DNA of 63,514 nt, counting the filler, from Octopus bimaculoides (taxonomy: Eukaryota): the NCBI RefSeq assembly GCF_001194135.2. It is 5 parts of 5 records of this genome, joined end to end, with 100 filler letters (N's around TTAATTAATTAA, not from the genome) between each part and the next. Parts side by side here need not be neighbours in the genome. Positions count along the whole stretch, not along the records: positions 1 to 12,195 come from NC_068995.1; positions 12,296 to 17,208 come from NC_069007.1; 3 more parts are not named here. One strand, given 5' to 3'. The notes under the pieces were generated by a model. That model saw only the letters and a list, made by a program, of their open reading frames with translations. It was not told where the DNA came from and did no database searches. Both the position numbers and the translations under genes were made by a program. Positions 1-12,991 of the stretch are shown here, in pieces. Positions within the stretch are counted from its first letter, which is position 1, and each line of letters begins with the position of its first letter.

Positions 1-85
1 ATATATATGTATATATATGTATGTATCCATGTGTATATGTGTATGTATATGTATGTGTATATATATATGTGTGTGTGTGTTTGTG

Positions 86-136
<51 letters not shown>

Positions 137-300
137 ATCCATATATATATATATATGTATATCCATGTATATATATATGCATGTATTATGTGTGTATATC
201 CATATATATATGTATGTTGTATGTATATATATCCATATATGTATATATATATATGTTATATGTATATACATATACATATATGGATATATATACATACAAC
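1..300. repeat. Compound (AT)n/(GT)n microsatellite
   Basis: Directly visible. Similar tracts occur throughout, e.g. 8330-8400, 12300-12570, 27250-27380, 43650-43720 and 62080-62200. Confidence 0.95.
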
Positions 301-304
301 ATAC

Positions 305-675
305 AGAATTTTGGGTCTGAAGTTAACTAATGTGTCCCTTTTGTTTTCGTCTTTCCTTATCAGCATCACTATACCCCGGCTCACAGACCTGGGAATACTC
401 CCAATCTGCTACCAGTTTCAGTACAACGCTTCGAGGAGATCGGAGAACAATTTTTGCATCTTTACGTAAAGTTCACGGGGAAGACCATCTAAACCGAGTG
501 ACTTGTGCCTCGTGCAACCGACAAGAGCATCCTGAATTTCGGCTGAAGTTAGTTGCCTTTCACAGCGCTCAGCGTCGGCCGCCAAGAGACGTGGAAGCCG
601 TCGAGGTAGGGACTGAAGTTCACCACCATCTCCGCCCTCTTTTTCTCTCCGAAAACCGAGCAAAGTGAAATCCAC
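305..675 (-). mobile_element. Tx1/L1-clade LINE ORF2 fragment (region before RT), with stops
   Basis: Minus translation LTSAEIQDAL...[13 protein letters not shown]...[41 protein letters not shown] matches the KSPG.DG.P.EFY ... G.I.LI.K ... N.RPI block. Confidence 0.8.
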
Positions 676-699
676 AAATATTCACAAAACATGAACAAA

Positions 700-1066
700 A
701 TATTACAGCAAATATTTTGCTCAGTACCACAGATTTGCTTGTCAGTTGTTTTACAGTTGAGCATGTCCCTTAGTGGCTGACGAAATGTGTATCTCTGATC
801 ACGAGCAGAAGTATTGGGGTACATCATAACCATGTATTGAGAGGAATTTTTGGGGTTTGGATAATTCAACTCTAGAAACATGGGTGTTTCGTTCAACATC
901 CTTAAATAACATCCTTAAATTCAGGGACATTTGAGCGGGATGATTTACTCCATCTGAAGAAAATTCTAACTGGGCTCTACCTGCAAGGCAATGTGCTGTT
1001 TATCTTCATATGAGATCACCATGTCACGCACATATGGTTGTGCCTTGTGTACCCTTATCAGACGGG
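700..1066 (+). repeat. Unclassified interspersed repeat; homolog at 58570-59027 (-)
   Basis: Shared blocks such as cacagatttgcttgtcagttg, gttgagcatgtccctt, ctctgatcacgag and aaattctaactgggc occur reverse-complemented at 58570-58830. Confidence 0.75.
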
Positions 1067-3714
1067 TGGTCATTTCTCGACTTCTGTGTTTCGTCTACTA
1101 ATTAAAACCACTCCATAGAGGAACGGGGGATGTTTGTATGTAATAGAATCACTGCGAAATTTCACTGAAATTATATCCACCTATGTTGAAATATACACAT
1201 TGAATAGTATGATCCTATCTATAGAATGTATGAGAAGCATTTCTGAATATATGAAAGGTAAACTAAGATGGCTGTCGCTGAAATATCTTTAATTATAGGT
1301 ATTGCTGATGAAGGCTTGCCTAAAACTAAACAACTACAACAATAAAAATTAAACCTTCTGATTTAGTTCGAAGCCCAGAAAGTTTAAGCGAAGAGGCAGC
1401 AGTCGATACTATCGACTCCAAAAGCAAAATAATAATTCATTTTATCGACCCCGGATGGCGAAAAGCAAAGGTCACCTCAACGAAATGTGAATTTTGAATA
1501 TACTGAACTGAAAGGAATACAACAGCAACTACAAAAGCAATAACCCTTGTGGAGTACTCATCAGAACACATGATAAATGCACTGCTTAAATTTCGTCGCC
1601 TCTTTATTCGTTTGATATATACGATTGAAATATTATTTCATCCTTATACTGAAATATAATTTCATTATACTGGTTTTCTACTCTTCATTTTGACATGAGA
1701 TGCACCAGCATGGCCACATTACAGACTGAAACAAATAAAAGAATGAAAGAATATAGAAGTATGTGCAGCAGTCTTCCTGTTTTCAAATACATTTAATCCT
1801 ATTCCAAAATGTACATCTACAACTAATCGCATAAATGTAAATAAGCGAGTGTTAGATAGTTATCTACCCCTTTCTAAAGTGTATCTACGTTGGAATGAAC
1901 ATACTTATTGTGAAATCTTTTAACCTTGTTTTTTAACTTTAACTGCTATGTTTTTCTAAGATATATCTTAATTTCTGTCTATATTTTATAATTAAGAACA
2001 TATCTTGACCCAAATGAATGTTAGTAGTCATTAATAGGACACATTTGTATTCAGTTGTTGTTAGAGTTCAGAGTAATATTCTAAATGAGAGTATTTTTAA
2101 ACGGAATGACCTTTATTTAATGATACATTTAATTTTGATAATACAGGCTGTGGTATTTGTCGAATTTAAACCACTGACCAGTGATTAAAGACGAATATAC
2201 ACAGGAGAAGAGGAATGATGTTTGTAGAAGAGACATTTCAAGGTAATAAAAGTGTACCAATTAAGACTGCAGGAAAGTAGTATCTGTGTTTATCTGTAGC
2301 ATAAAATCTGACTCGTGCTAACGATAAAGAATTTTAATACAACCAAACAACGACATATTTACATTTCCTTCTTTCTCAGTATTTTATTTTTATTTGGTTT
2401 TGTTGCTGAATTTGCTATTAAAATGTCCAAAATTCAAAGTAATTCATTAAGATTTTCTTTGCAGTCTACTTACAAAAATGTATATATATATAAAATAAAC
2501 AAAAATATAATATATAAATGAAAGAGACAAAAACCTTCATTCTGTCTATATAGCTGTCATGCAGATGTGAAGAGAAATCAGTTCATCCTCAGTGGCAGTG
2601 ATTGATTCGAAACTTACCAAAATGTGTAGAATTGCGTTTACCTTGGAAACAGACAATTTTATAAACACGTAGTAAAAGTAAATTAAAATATATAAAAGAA
2701 AACTTATTGATTTATGTTTTTTAACCTTAAAAATATTTCAACACCAGTGATTTTGCGATGAAATGAGTAAAATATTTTAAAAGAATTCTCTGAGTCTTTT
2801 CCATCAACATAGAAAATAATAATTTATTGATGTCAATCCACTCTCTTCCGGCTCACTGAATATTTCACTCTCAAGGCTCTGTGTTAAACAACATGTGGAA
2901 TTTTCCTTGTTCAAATCTACATCCATCAGATTCTTCAACTTATACTTCAATTCTAACTACCTACCCACAGCAGTAAGAAAGCATAAAAATAGAGTCTTTC
3001 TTTCACTGTAGCACCACAATCTCTTTATGTTTTAGTATATGAAATTCTCCGCGTTTAATCTATGCTCCAAACACTCATTATAAACCTGAATTTTAGATTT
3101 TATTCTATGGCAACGCTTTACATAATTTATTTCTGTTCCAGAATTTTCCAAGTCTTCATCTCAATCATGTCAATTTCGTTTATGTATATTCTACTTCTCT
3201 CCAAAATTTTCTCTGAAATAACTACCAGTAACATATTGAAATCGGTTCAATGACTAAAAATTACAAATCTTGAACTTATATCTATATGAGATTACCATAG
3301 AAGCAATAGTTCCAACAGTGGATTGTCGAAATCGGTAAAATTTGGAGAAATGGTGCAACCCTTATTCTGTTGTGACGTTTTATTAATCTGGCCGAAGGTC
3401 GACTTCCTTTTCCATCCGCCTGGTGTCAATAAAATATGACTACAAATTTCCTCCAAGTTGTATGAATTCTTTTCTAATGTTAGAAATGAACATACGTTGC
3501 AGGCTGTTTATTCCACGCATATTTATATATGTAAACCTAAACTAAATTACTCTGTGTGAACATAAAAGATGTCAAAATTCGTCTGAATGATGAATATAAA
3601 ATGCAATAATATTAAAATTAAAACATTTCACATGGTCACAAAACTAAAGATTTAGTTCGAAAAATGTGTATTTAATGATCAGAATTCTTCAAAATTATTT
3701 GTATGTGTATGATA

Positions 3715-3850
3715 TTCTTCTCTCTCTCACTTTCTGTCTCTCTCTCTCACTTTCTGTCTCTCTCTCTCACTTTCTGTCTCTCTCTCTCACTTTCTCTCTC
3801 TTTCTCTCACTTTCTCTCTCTCTCTCTCTCACACACACACACTCACACAT
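3715..3850. repeat. (CT)n-derived 18-bp minisatellite tctctctcactttctgtc followed by (CA)n
   Basis: Directly visible periodicity. Confidence 0.9.
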
Positions 3851-4096
3851 ACACTCATGCATACACCCAGTCACACACACGCAAACGCATACTTTCTCTT
3901 TCCTTCAGTGTTCTTACTCCTTTTCCTCGGTGCATTGTTCCCTTACAGTCCTGAGCTCAACTGTCACTGTCAGTATTTAACTTCAAACTCCAAAAACATA
4001 ATCAGGCTACGTTATGTACGTATGTCCACCACAAACATCTCTCTCTCTGTCTCACACACACACACACACACGCACACACACACACACACACACAAG

Positions 4097-4131
<35 letters not shown>

Positions 4132-4359
4132 TGTTTTTTCAAACTTATATTCACTCAGTAATATATTATATTACCTTAACATGCCGTCATATCAAATTTC
4201 ACATGAAAAAATGATGTAACTTCTAGCGAATCGCTTAACCAGCTAGAAAGGTAAAGAAATCTCCAATTCACAACCTAATGTTTTAAAAGTAAAGGACACA
4301 TTAGATAAACTGGTCGACAATGTCAAAGGTCATTTCGCATACAAATATTCTCGTTAGCC

Positions 4360-4393
<34 letters not shown>

Positions 4394-4664
4394 CAGAATG
4401 AGATGAAAAATCCCAGGCTGTGAAAGATTTCAAAACATTTATAAAGAGGTCTTCCAGCTGTTTCCGGGATATTTTATATATCCCTACATCAAAGACGGTG
4501 CGAGAAAATGGTGAATCAGTAGTTATTATAGAGAATATATGAAATACACAGTGAAGTGGAGGAATGAACGGACGTGAGATAAGTAAGGAAATTGTATCGG
4601 AATTTCTATAATTTAAGCAGAATGGTATACATATAAGTTTCCTATACCTTGTGTGTGAGTTGCA

Positions 4665-4699
<35 letters not shown>

Positions 4700-4700
<1 letters not shown>

Positions 4701-5105
4701 ACTTCAAGGCTTCTGTCAGTTAACCTCATCCTTGGACAGCGATGCATTGAAGACAGTCTTGGCTTATATAGAGTTGATTTCAAGTCTCATGTTGGAGTGC
4801 AGGTTTGAGATGGGTGGTTATTAGGTTATAGGCGAGTTGTTATGGAAAGATGTTTTAAAGGATTTTTCATTGATTAGATTCTGGCTTATGCTATTGTGTA
4901 GAGTATACTTATTTAAACTTTGTATGCAAGTGTGTATAATTAGGTGCTTCAGTTTTGTTAAGTAGGCACAAGATTTGTCACTCGTTTTTGATATTTTGGT
5001 TCTATTGGCCTTAATTCTTTGCGTTGACAATCTAACTGTCAAAAGTGCAAAACCCAGTATTTAAAACCTTACTAATTGAAAATTTGTAGGGTTTCAGAAA
5101 TGAAA
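4700..5105 (-). repeat. Penelope pseudo-LTR-like segment, downstream direct copy
   Basis: Its reverse complement aligns by eye to 7800-8200 (+): taaatactgg-ttt-g-ac-tttgaca, tgtg-ctacttaacaaaa, ctatataa(a)gccaaga. Confidence 0.6.
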
Positions 5106-5284
5106 AGAAGTAGGTGATATGCTTTATCTGGGCAGTTGCTTTACTTATTGTTATAGTTTTTTTTAGATATTTCCTCTTCATTTGGAAAGTTATATATATT
5201 CATATATATAAAAATGAGAATATAAATAAAATTTGATTTAAAAAAATTTTTAGAAATTAAAATTAAAATGATTTNNNNNNNNNN

Positions 5285-5313
5285 TTCGAGCCTACGCTCT
5301 TCAGCAGAAAGGA
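5285..5313 (-). ncRNA. Hammerhead-like motif truncated by an assembly gap
   Basis: Minus strand reads ccttt-CTGcTGA-a-GAGC gtag GCTC-GAA[N]. Stem II is a perfect 4-bp stem and core A6 is changed to C. Confidence 0.4.
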
Positions 5314-5589
5314 ATGAGAGAAAATAAACAGAGAAATATATAATGTGTCTGTGTATGTAGGTTTGAGCACTTATGAGAAAATCTTTTGTAAGGATTTTGG
5401 TTGGAGACAGGGAAGTTTTCAAATAATTTCTACTTTAGTGTAAAGGTGTAAAAGTGTTTTTTTATGTATATTATGGGGATAGTGCATGATGTAGGTGACG
5501 GGAGGGGAGTTTGTGAGATATTAACATATTTAGCCTTTACATTGTCAAAGCAAATGATGAATTTTAGAAAAAATATTGTTTTAAAATGT

Positions 5590-7700
5590 TTTATTGTTAT
5601 TCATATTTTGTGCTTGCATGGAGAGACTAGTTTAATTCAGAATTTGGTTCATATAGGTTAGAATGTGGTTAGATTCATTAGTACAAAATGGGCAGGATTT
5701 ATTGTTAGCTTGATATAGTTGTGTTTGTGAGAGTATTTTCCATTTGATGCTAAACAGACTATTTTTAAAATTTTAATTGCCATATATCTTTGGATACTCC
5801 CTTTACCCTTTTACTCTTTTACGTGTTTGTCATTTAACTGCGGCCATGATGGAGCACCGCCTTTAGTCGAGCAAATCGACCCCAGGACTTATTCTTTGTA
5901 AGCCTAGTCCTTATTCCATCGGTCTCTTTTGCCGAACTGCTATGTTATCGGGACGTAAACACACCAGCATCGGTTGTCAAGCGATGTTGAGAGGACAAAC
6001 ACAAACTCACAAACATATACACACACACACATATATATATACATATATACGACAGGCTTCTTTCAGTTTCCGTCTACCAAATGCCCTCACAAGGCTTTGG
6101 TCGGCCCAAGACTATAGTAGAAGACACTTGCTCAAGGTCCACGCAATGGGATTGAACCCGGAGCCAGGTGGTTGGTAAGCAAGCTACTTACAACACTGAA
6201 ACTCCTGCGCCTATATATAATGACATATGATTTTGCTGTTTGGGTTTGTTGTCTATATATTGCACTTTTTCTTTGTAGCCTCTGTTTACTGAAAGCTTTA
6301 TTATATGGAGGTTCATTTTTCTCTGTCTTTTTTTGATTTGAAGATAAAATGGAAAATGTGAGAGAAATGTTTTTTTACTGGATCTTTGATAATAAATATG
6401 GCGTGGTTAGACTGTTTTTCTATATACTGAATATTTTTTTATCTCTCTTGTCCAGTTTATAGATATTAGATTCCAGGTCGAGAGTGTCATCTAGGAAATT
6501 GACTGCTTTTCGTTGTGTTTCTACTGTAAGAGAGAAGCCCAAGTTTTTGAAAATGTGATGTCGTTCTTTCCTAAATTATCAGTCTTTTTTCTGGGCTGTA
6601 GTTCCTTAGTAGGAGTGGACAGTTGGCCCTATGTAGGCCACTTCAGACTGATGGAAATTCGTTGTGTGAGTTTATAATATGTGGAGACCAACGATATTGC
6701 TTATTCATCCACGTCCTTTGAACCCATGTCTACATCAAATGGTTCTTTAGTGTTATTCTTAATCCAGAATGCATTGTTGTGGAAAAGGTGCAATTTCCCT
6801 GCTTGTAATATTGTTTCTGGTTCAGTGTCGTTTATTGTGGTCATGGTTTTAGCAAGGTTCAAAGCAGCTGTAAAAATAGGTTTTGTTATTGACGCATAAT
6901 AATCTCATACGTCAAAGTGCAAGAAATGGTATTCTATTTTGTTTGAAATTTTGTTGAGTAAATCTTTTACTTAGCAAGTGCTACTCCAAAGAGGATTTGT
7001 GCACGATTTTCTTTGCTAATGTCAATGCCTTGTTTCGAAGCATTCATAAGTAAAGTCGGATGGGTTTCTAATGAATTTTTGTTTGTGGTCTTTCATGGTT
7101 ATATATGGGTGTTTTGATGTTAACGTGTCGACTGCATCATCTGTTTTACGTTTAGTTGCTATTTCTTTGGTTGTGGTCTTTATATCATTTAAAGCTGCAT
7201 GTTTTGTATTGTATTTGTTTATGTATTTGTAGGAGATTATGTCAGAAAAAAAATTGGTTATAAGCGGCTTTACTTATCTGACAGAAATTGTTTGTCTCGT
7301 CCAGTTTTGTGAATATATTTGGTCTTCTGATGTGGTAGATTTACTGATTCAGTTTTTTTCTATAGTTTGTTGATACGCTTGTTAAATTTTAATTGCATGA
7401 TAATTGCGAATATGTCACCTTCGAAGAGTTCTAGCAGTGGATTGGGAGGTGGACATTTGACCATTTTGAATTCATAGTTTTTGATAGGCTGTTTTACCTT
7501 TTGTTCTTTATCGTAATGGTAAATTTTCCACCTGAGCATTTTCAGAAAGCTTTTCGTTTTTATAGTGGTGTTTTGTGGTAACGGTTTTTGGTAAGTATCG
7601 GTATGGTTTAAACAGGGAAGTGTATTATTTGTTACTGCATGTTTTCCTGTTTTTGAGCTAATGTTACGAAAGCACTCACGTTTGAGCACAACTATTATGT
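5590..7700 (-). mobile_element. Decayed Penelope-like element (probably Naiad type): RT plus GIY-YIG endonuclease, interrupted by a SINE
   Basis: Minus-strand translation across frameshifts gives LRWKIY...FKMVKCPPPNPLLELFEGD, PYITMKDHK, FLHFDV*DYYASIT, EPFDVDMGSKD and KAVNFLDDTLDL. After the SINE come SKDIWQLK and IKWKILSQ...KSCPFCTNE...CKHK (C-terminal half of GIY-YIG). Confidence 0.85.
5800..6211 (-). mobile_element. tRNA-derived SINE family A
   Basis: tRNA-like head with a B-box-like ggttcaatccc, central (CA/TA)n and tail ggcggtgctccatcatggccgcag. Homologs at 15971 and 55960. Confidence 0.85.
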
Positions 7701-7719
7701 AAATGTATGTTCTTATGTT

Positions 7720-8210
7720 CAGTTATAATAAAAACCATTGTACATTATTCTGATGGATTACTCTCTCTGTTGTAAAGTACAGAGACCTCAGAAGTTCCAT
7801 TGCAAAACAGTTGACACTCCTAATTACTAGGTGTCTAAATACTGGATTTGGTACCTTTGACACTAACATTGTCAAAGAACGTATTGAATTCAACAAAGCC
7901 AAAACTAACGAAAGAAAATGACACTTCATGTGTCTACTTAACAAAAGGGACACACCTAAAGACATATCTACATAACCACACTTGCTAAGAAAGTTTTATA
8001 TAGGAATAAAGTCTAAACAATGACATAGCATTATAAAATATTAAAAAAAAACTTCTCTCCAAAACAATCATCCACTTAAAACCTAGTTATCTCTCCACTC
8101 AAACACACAAACATTCAAAGGCTATATAAAGCCAAGATTAACTGCAATTGCATTGCACCCCGACGATGTCTTAATTAGCCGAAACTTCGAAGTCTCTGCC
8201 AATAGTATTC
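7720..8210 (+). repeat. Penelope pseudo-LTR-like segment, inverted upstream copy ending in a hammerhead motif
   Basis: Homologous to 4700-5105 in opposite orientation. It abuts the 5' end of the PLE ORF remnant. Confidence 0.6.
8151..8203 (+). ncRNA. Degenerate minimal type-I hammerhead ribozyme motif
   Basis: CCGACGA-t-gtct taatt agcc-GAA-acttcgaagt (perfect 10-bp palindrome, stem III)-C. The triplet is GTC with predicted cut after 8194. Stem I is imperfect (attgca / tgc-c-aat). Confidence 0.55.
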
Positions 8211-8342
8211 TTCTTTAAGAATAACAAATTTGTATTCCACAAAAGAATTTGATGACCCATCAGATTAATGTGAAATCGTTTTTATTATAACTAGACATAA
8301 AAGCAAATATATGTGTGTGCATGTACATCTCTCTCTCTCTCT

Positions 8343-8395
<53 letters not shown>

Positions 8396-10017
8396 AACGA
8401 CTAAGAGATATAGCAGGAGTGATTTTTGCAAAAATGTCATGCGATAGAACTGAACTTGTATCGACGATGTGATGAAGCCAATCTGTTTTGGGTAGAACCG
8501 CATTCATGTATACATATATCCATCCATACATACATGCATACATGCATATATACTCACATACATACAGGTGCATACATGCACATATACGTGCTTATAGGGA
8601 GAAATAGCAAAGAGAGAATGAAAGATGTGAGAAACCTTCTTAGATATGCATCCGTTCAACCAATAATAAGTATAAGTATATTTGAATATCATTAAAGAGC
8701 ATATATAGTAACGAACACATACAAATTTGTGTGAGTATATGTACACTATATACATACACAAACACATATACACACGTATTATAAGAGAAAGGTGGGTAAT
8801 AGAATGAGATGTTAAATAGAAACAAAAATCTAAGTAAATAAATATTTATGTATTTTTCTATCTCCTTTTAATCCTGTGTTCATACACATACATATATAGA
8901 TACACACGTATGCTCACACTCCCAGTACTTTATCACTTGTATATATGTATATATACATTTAATTTTTGCGTATCATCTCTGTATTTATGCATGTGTTTTT
9001 GACTATATTTTATGCGTGTCTATGAATATCATATTACTATAACAGCTTAGAGATAGGCATCTAGTGGAGGGAGTGTTTCTGTGTGTCGAACCAACCTCAT
9101 TTGATTAAAAACCCTATTTATTATTGTAAATTTTCACCAAGTTAATTTTCTTAGAGACTGGCTCTGACCCAACACTAATAAACCCATCGTAGATTGACGC
9201 AATAATGAAGCGTAAATTATTAATTTATCATCAAAACATTGCCAATTCTATCAGACAGGTTCTTGAACACAACACTTTGAAGTGCAATGCTTTAGGCAGA
9301 GAGATAGAAGATAAAAAAAAATCCGAATGAATCCATAGAGATACGGAGGTCTTTAAGTGAAAGAATAAAGAGAAAGACTTCTGGGAACTGATCTAACGAT
9401 AGAGCTAGTATATCAGAGTTATCTAGGAAATGTTAACTCAGCAATGTTATTAAACACCCTTTCTTTGTTGTTGTAGTTTTTGTTGTTGTTTTTGCTGGTG
9501 TTTGATAGCTCTGCCGCGTACATAACTAAGAACTGGTAGAGGCTATTTCAGCAGAGTTTCTAGTTACGGTAATTAAATTCTAACTTTATTAATGGAACAT
9601 CACACCGCTCGATTTAACTACGTCGTTTTGGTCATAAGATGTCTTTAACCGAACTGCATCTGTGGTAAACTTTCACTTCAGATTGTTACTACCTAAGTCT
9701 GCCACCTCCCACTTTTTACCTCTGTATACTAATCTTTAAATATTTATTGCTGTATATTTATAAGGATGAGCATTCATAAGTACTAAACTACTTAGATATC
9801 TACACACATTTGTGTGTAGATATGCACACACATATGAACACACGTGCATTATATATATAAATATACAATATAATGTGTGTGTGAGTGTGTTTGTATGTGT
9901 CCGTATGTGCATGTGCATGTGTGCATATGTGCATATATTTATTCATACCTATTCCTCCGTATAAATACAAACATATCTCCATACACACACATACACACAC
10001 ATGTACACAGATATGTG

Positions 10018-10079
<62 letters not shown>

Positions 10080-10847
10080 GTAATCTGGTGGGTGTTTAAT
10101 ATATATGAGTGTATTACACAATGATAAACCATTAGTTGCTCTTGAAGCCTACGAGATATAGAGAAAGATGAGCATGTATCTCACTGTTTGGATTCTGAAA
10201 TCAATCAAAAGGACAAAAAAGTGTAGACTTGTGCAGAGTATAGGTTCTCAATGTCTCTTAACTATTGTTACCATAAAGCATCAAACTAGATTCGGAACAC
10301 GAAGCACTCAATTCGTGTTACACCAAGATTTTTCACACTGCAGCTGATGAGCCACTTTGACGGTCTAAAATATCTAAGAATTTATTTCATAAAACGATGA
10401 CGCGAATGATATAAAATAATATACATATCTATATATGGAAGTTCCTGGAAAGTTTAGCACCTAAATTCGGGATCCAAAATTATACTGAATGATTAACACT
10501 TCGCTGCATTGAACCAATGGTTGCATTGTGTCCCTCCAATCTTGAGCAGGAGATGGAATACTGTTTTTCTATACGTTGCCAAGAATCATCAGTGGTCTAG
10601 GAGGTATAGATATGGATATATTCAAAAATATTTAGACAGCCGTTTAATCTGAGATGCTATATGAAGCCTCATCACAGCAAGAAACTAGAACGGGGACGGC
10701 GTTGGCCAACTCATTGAGTCATCAAAACCAAATGTAGAGAGACTGCCGTGGAAATGAAATTGCTTTAAGTTAACAATCATACCAATGGCGTTACCACAGA
10801 ACCCTCACCACCTCTGCCTGAAAAAATAAAGTATAGAATGTATGGAA

Positions 10848-10879
<32 letters not shown>

Positions 10880-11360
10880 NNNNNNNNNNNNNNNNNNNNN
10901 NNNNNNNNNNNNNNNNNNNNNNNNNNNNNNNNNNNNNNNNNNNNNNNNNNNNNNNNNNNNNNNNNNNNNNNNNNNNNNNNNNNNNNNNNNNNNNNNNNNN
11001 NNNNNNNNNNNNNNNNNNNNNNNNNNNNNNNNNNNNNNNNNNNNNNNNNNNNNNNNNNNNNNNNNNNNNNNNNNNNNNNNNNNNNNNNNNNNNNNNNNNN
11101 NNNNNNNNNNNNNNNNNNNNNNNNNNNNNNNNNNNNNNNNNNNNNNNNNNNNNNNNNNNNNNNNNNNNNNNNNNNNNNNNNNNNNNNNNNNNNNNNNNNN
11201 NNNNNNNNNNNNNNNNNNNNNNNNNNNNNNNNNNNNNNNNNNNNNNNNNNNNNNNNNNNNNNNNNNNNNNNNNNNNNNNNNNNNNNNNNNNNNNNNNNNN
11301 NNNNNNNNNNNNNNNNNNNNNNNNNNNNNNNNNNNNNNNNNNNNNNNNNNNNNNNNNNNN

Positions 11361-11395
<35 letters not shown>

Positions 11396-11455
11396 CATAT
11401 ATATTAGCATATCTCCATTCATTCATTTATTCATACATACATACATACATACATG

Positions 11456-11502
<47 letters not shown>

Positions 11503-12370
11503 GCGTGTGTGTGTGTGTGTGTGTACATACATACATTTGTATATAAATATATAAACACATGCATAGAAGTTTCATATAGAAGACTTACATTTATGTCCAT
11601 GTCTGGCCAGGGTAAGTCAAGTAACGAAAACATTGAAATAATATAGTTTAAAGGGACATAGGGACATACCAATCAAATAACATTTGAGCCTAGACGTGCA
11701 GACAGATACACACACGCACACACACACATACAGACACACGCACGCACACACACACGTTCAAACACATAAGTACACAAACACATACACATATGCGCACTCA
11801 CTCAACAACAGAGGAAAGATAATCAAAGCAGCCATTAATGGCTGGTACCGATTCATGCGCATTGTTTAACAACTTCAAAAATTACTGCTTAATAAAGCTA
11901 AAATAAATGTTATTATTCAAATATTATTAACAATTCATTTGTGCTCCGGATGTAAACTAACTTAATACTACAGGTACACGCTTAGTTAAATACCCAAGAT
12001 GACCTACCAAATTAATACAGTTTTCATGTGTGCAAATATTTACTAAATTTACTATTGTCTGTGTATGATGGCAATGGCTAGCTTATTATACACGACTGTT
12101 TGCATACTAGCGTTTACATCCAATTCTCTGTACTGGTTTCGTGTTATATTTTATATAGATATGTGAATATAAATTTCTAAGCGAAGATATATATANNNNN
12201 NNNNNNNNNNNNNNNNNNNNNNNNNNNNNNNNNNNNNNNTTAATTAATTAANNNNNNNNNNNNNNNNNNNNNNNNNNNNNNNNNNNNNNNNNNNNATGGT
12301 TCGTATGTGTATATTGCATATGTATGTGTGCTCCTGTGCATTTATGCGTGTGGATGTGTGTATGTGTGCG

Positions 12371-12441
<71 letters not shown>

Positions 12442-12945
12442 TTGTATGTATGTGTGCGTGTAAATATATACATAGATACGTATATATGCATGTGCATACA
12501 CAGGAATACATATATATATTATACATATATATATGCATACATGTATATATATATATAACACGTTCACACATTTACGTGTGCATGTATGTTAAGTGGGTGA
12601 ATATATGAGAGGTGTGTGTTAGTCTTGTTTCTATATTTAACGAGTGTCCGCTATATCTTTCTGTGTGCTTGTCTGCATGTTTGGTTATGCGTCTATTGGT
12701 ACGTGTACGTGTGTGTTTGTGTGTGTGTGTGTCTGTGATCATGTGTATGTACATATGTATGTATTTATGTATATATGTATATGAGAAAATATATATATAT
12801 ATGTATATGTGAATAATATATATATGTATATGTGAATATATACCGGAGTAAGCACATGCAATGTGCAACAAGGTGGAAAAAAGAGTACTCAAATACCAGA
12901 GGTAGAGTAATATGCTTTATTTAAAAGCAGCAGAAATATAACAAA

Positions 12946-12991
12946 AAAACCGTTACTCTGAGTTTCACGTTCCCGTTCATCGGACAGTTTT
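12946..12991 (-). ncRNA. Minimal type-I hammerhead ribozyme in a short pLTR-like repeat (about 12835-12997)
   Basis: Minus strand: aaactgt-CCGATGA-acg ggaa cgt-GAA-actcagagt-A-acggttt. Stem I is 7 bp with one G-U pair, stem II is 3 bp, and stem III is the quasi-palindrome actc-a-gagt. The triplet is GUA with predicted cut between 12954 and 12953. The only change in the conserved core is U4C. Confidence 0.72.

Noticed and set aside
11570-11615. Strong donor-like CAGG|GTAAGT
   Set aside because: All three upstream frames are open and short and there is no way to choose an acceptor, so support is insufficient without RNA data.
12240-12251. ttaattaattaa islands inside N-runs (also 17253, 28400, 59425)
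   Set aside because: An identical 12-mer centred in gaps is best explained as an assembly or scaffolding linker with stops in all frames, not biology.
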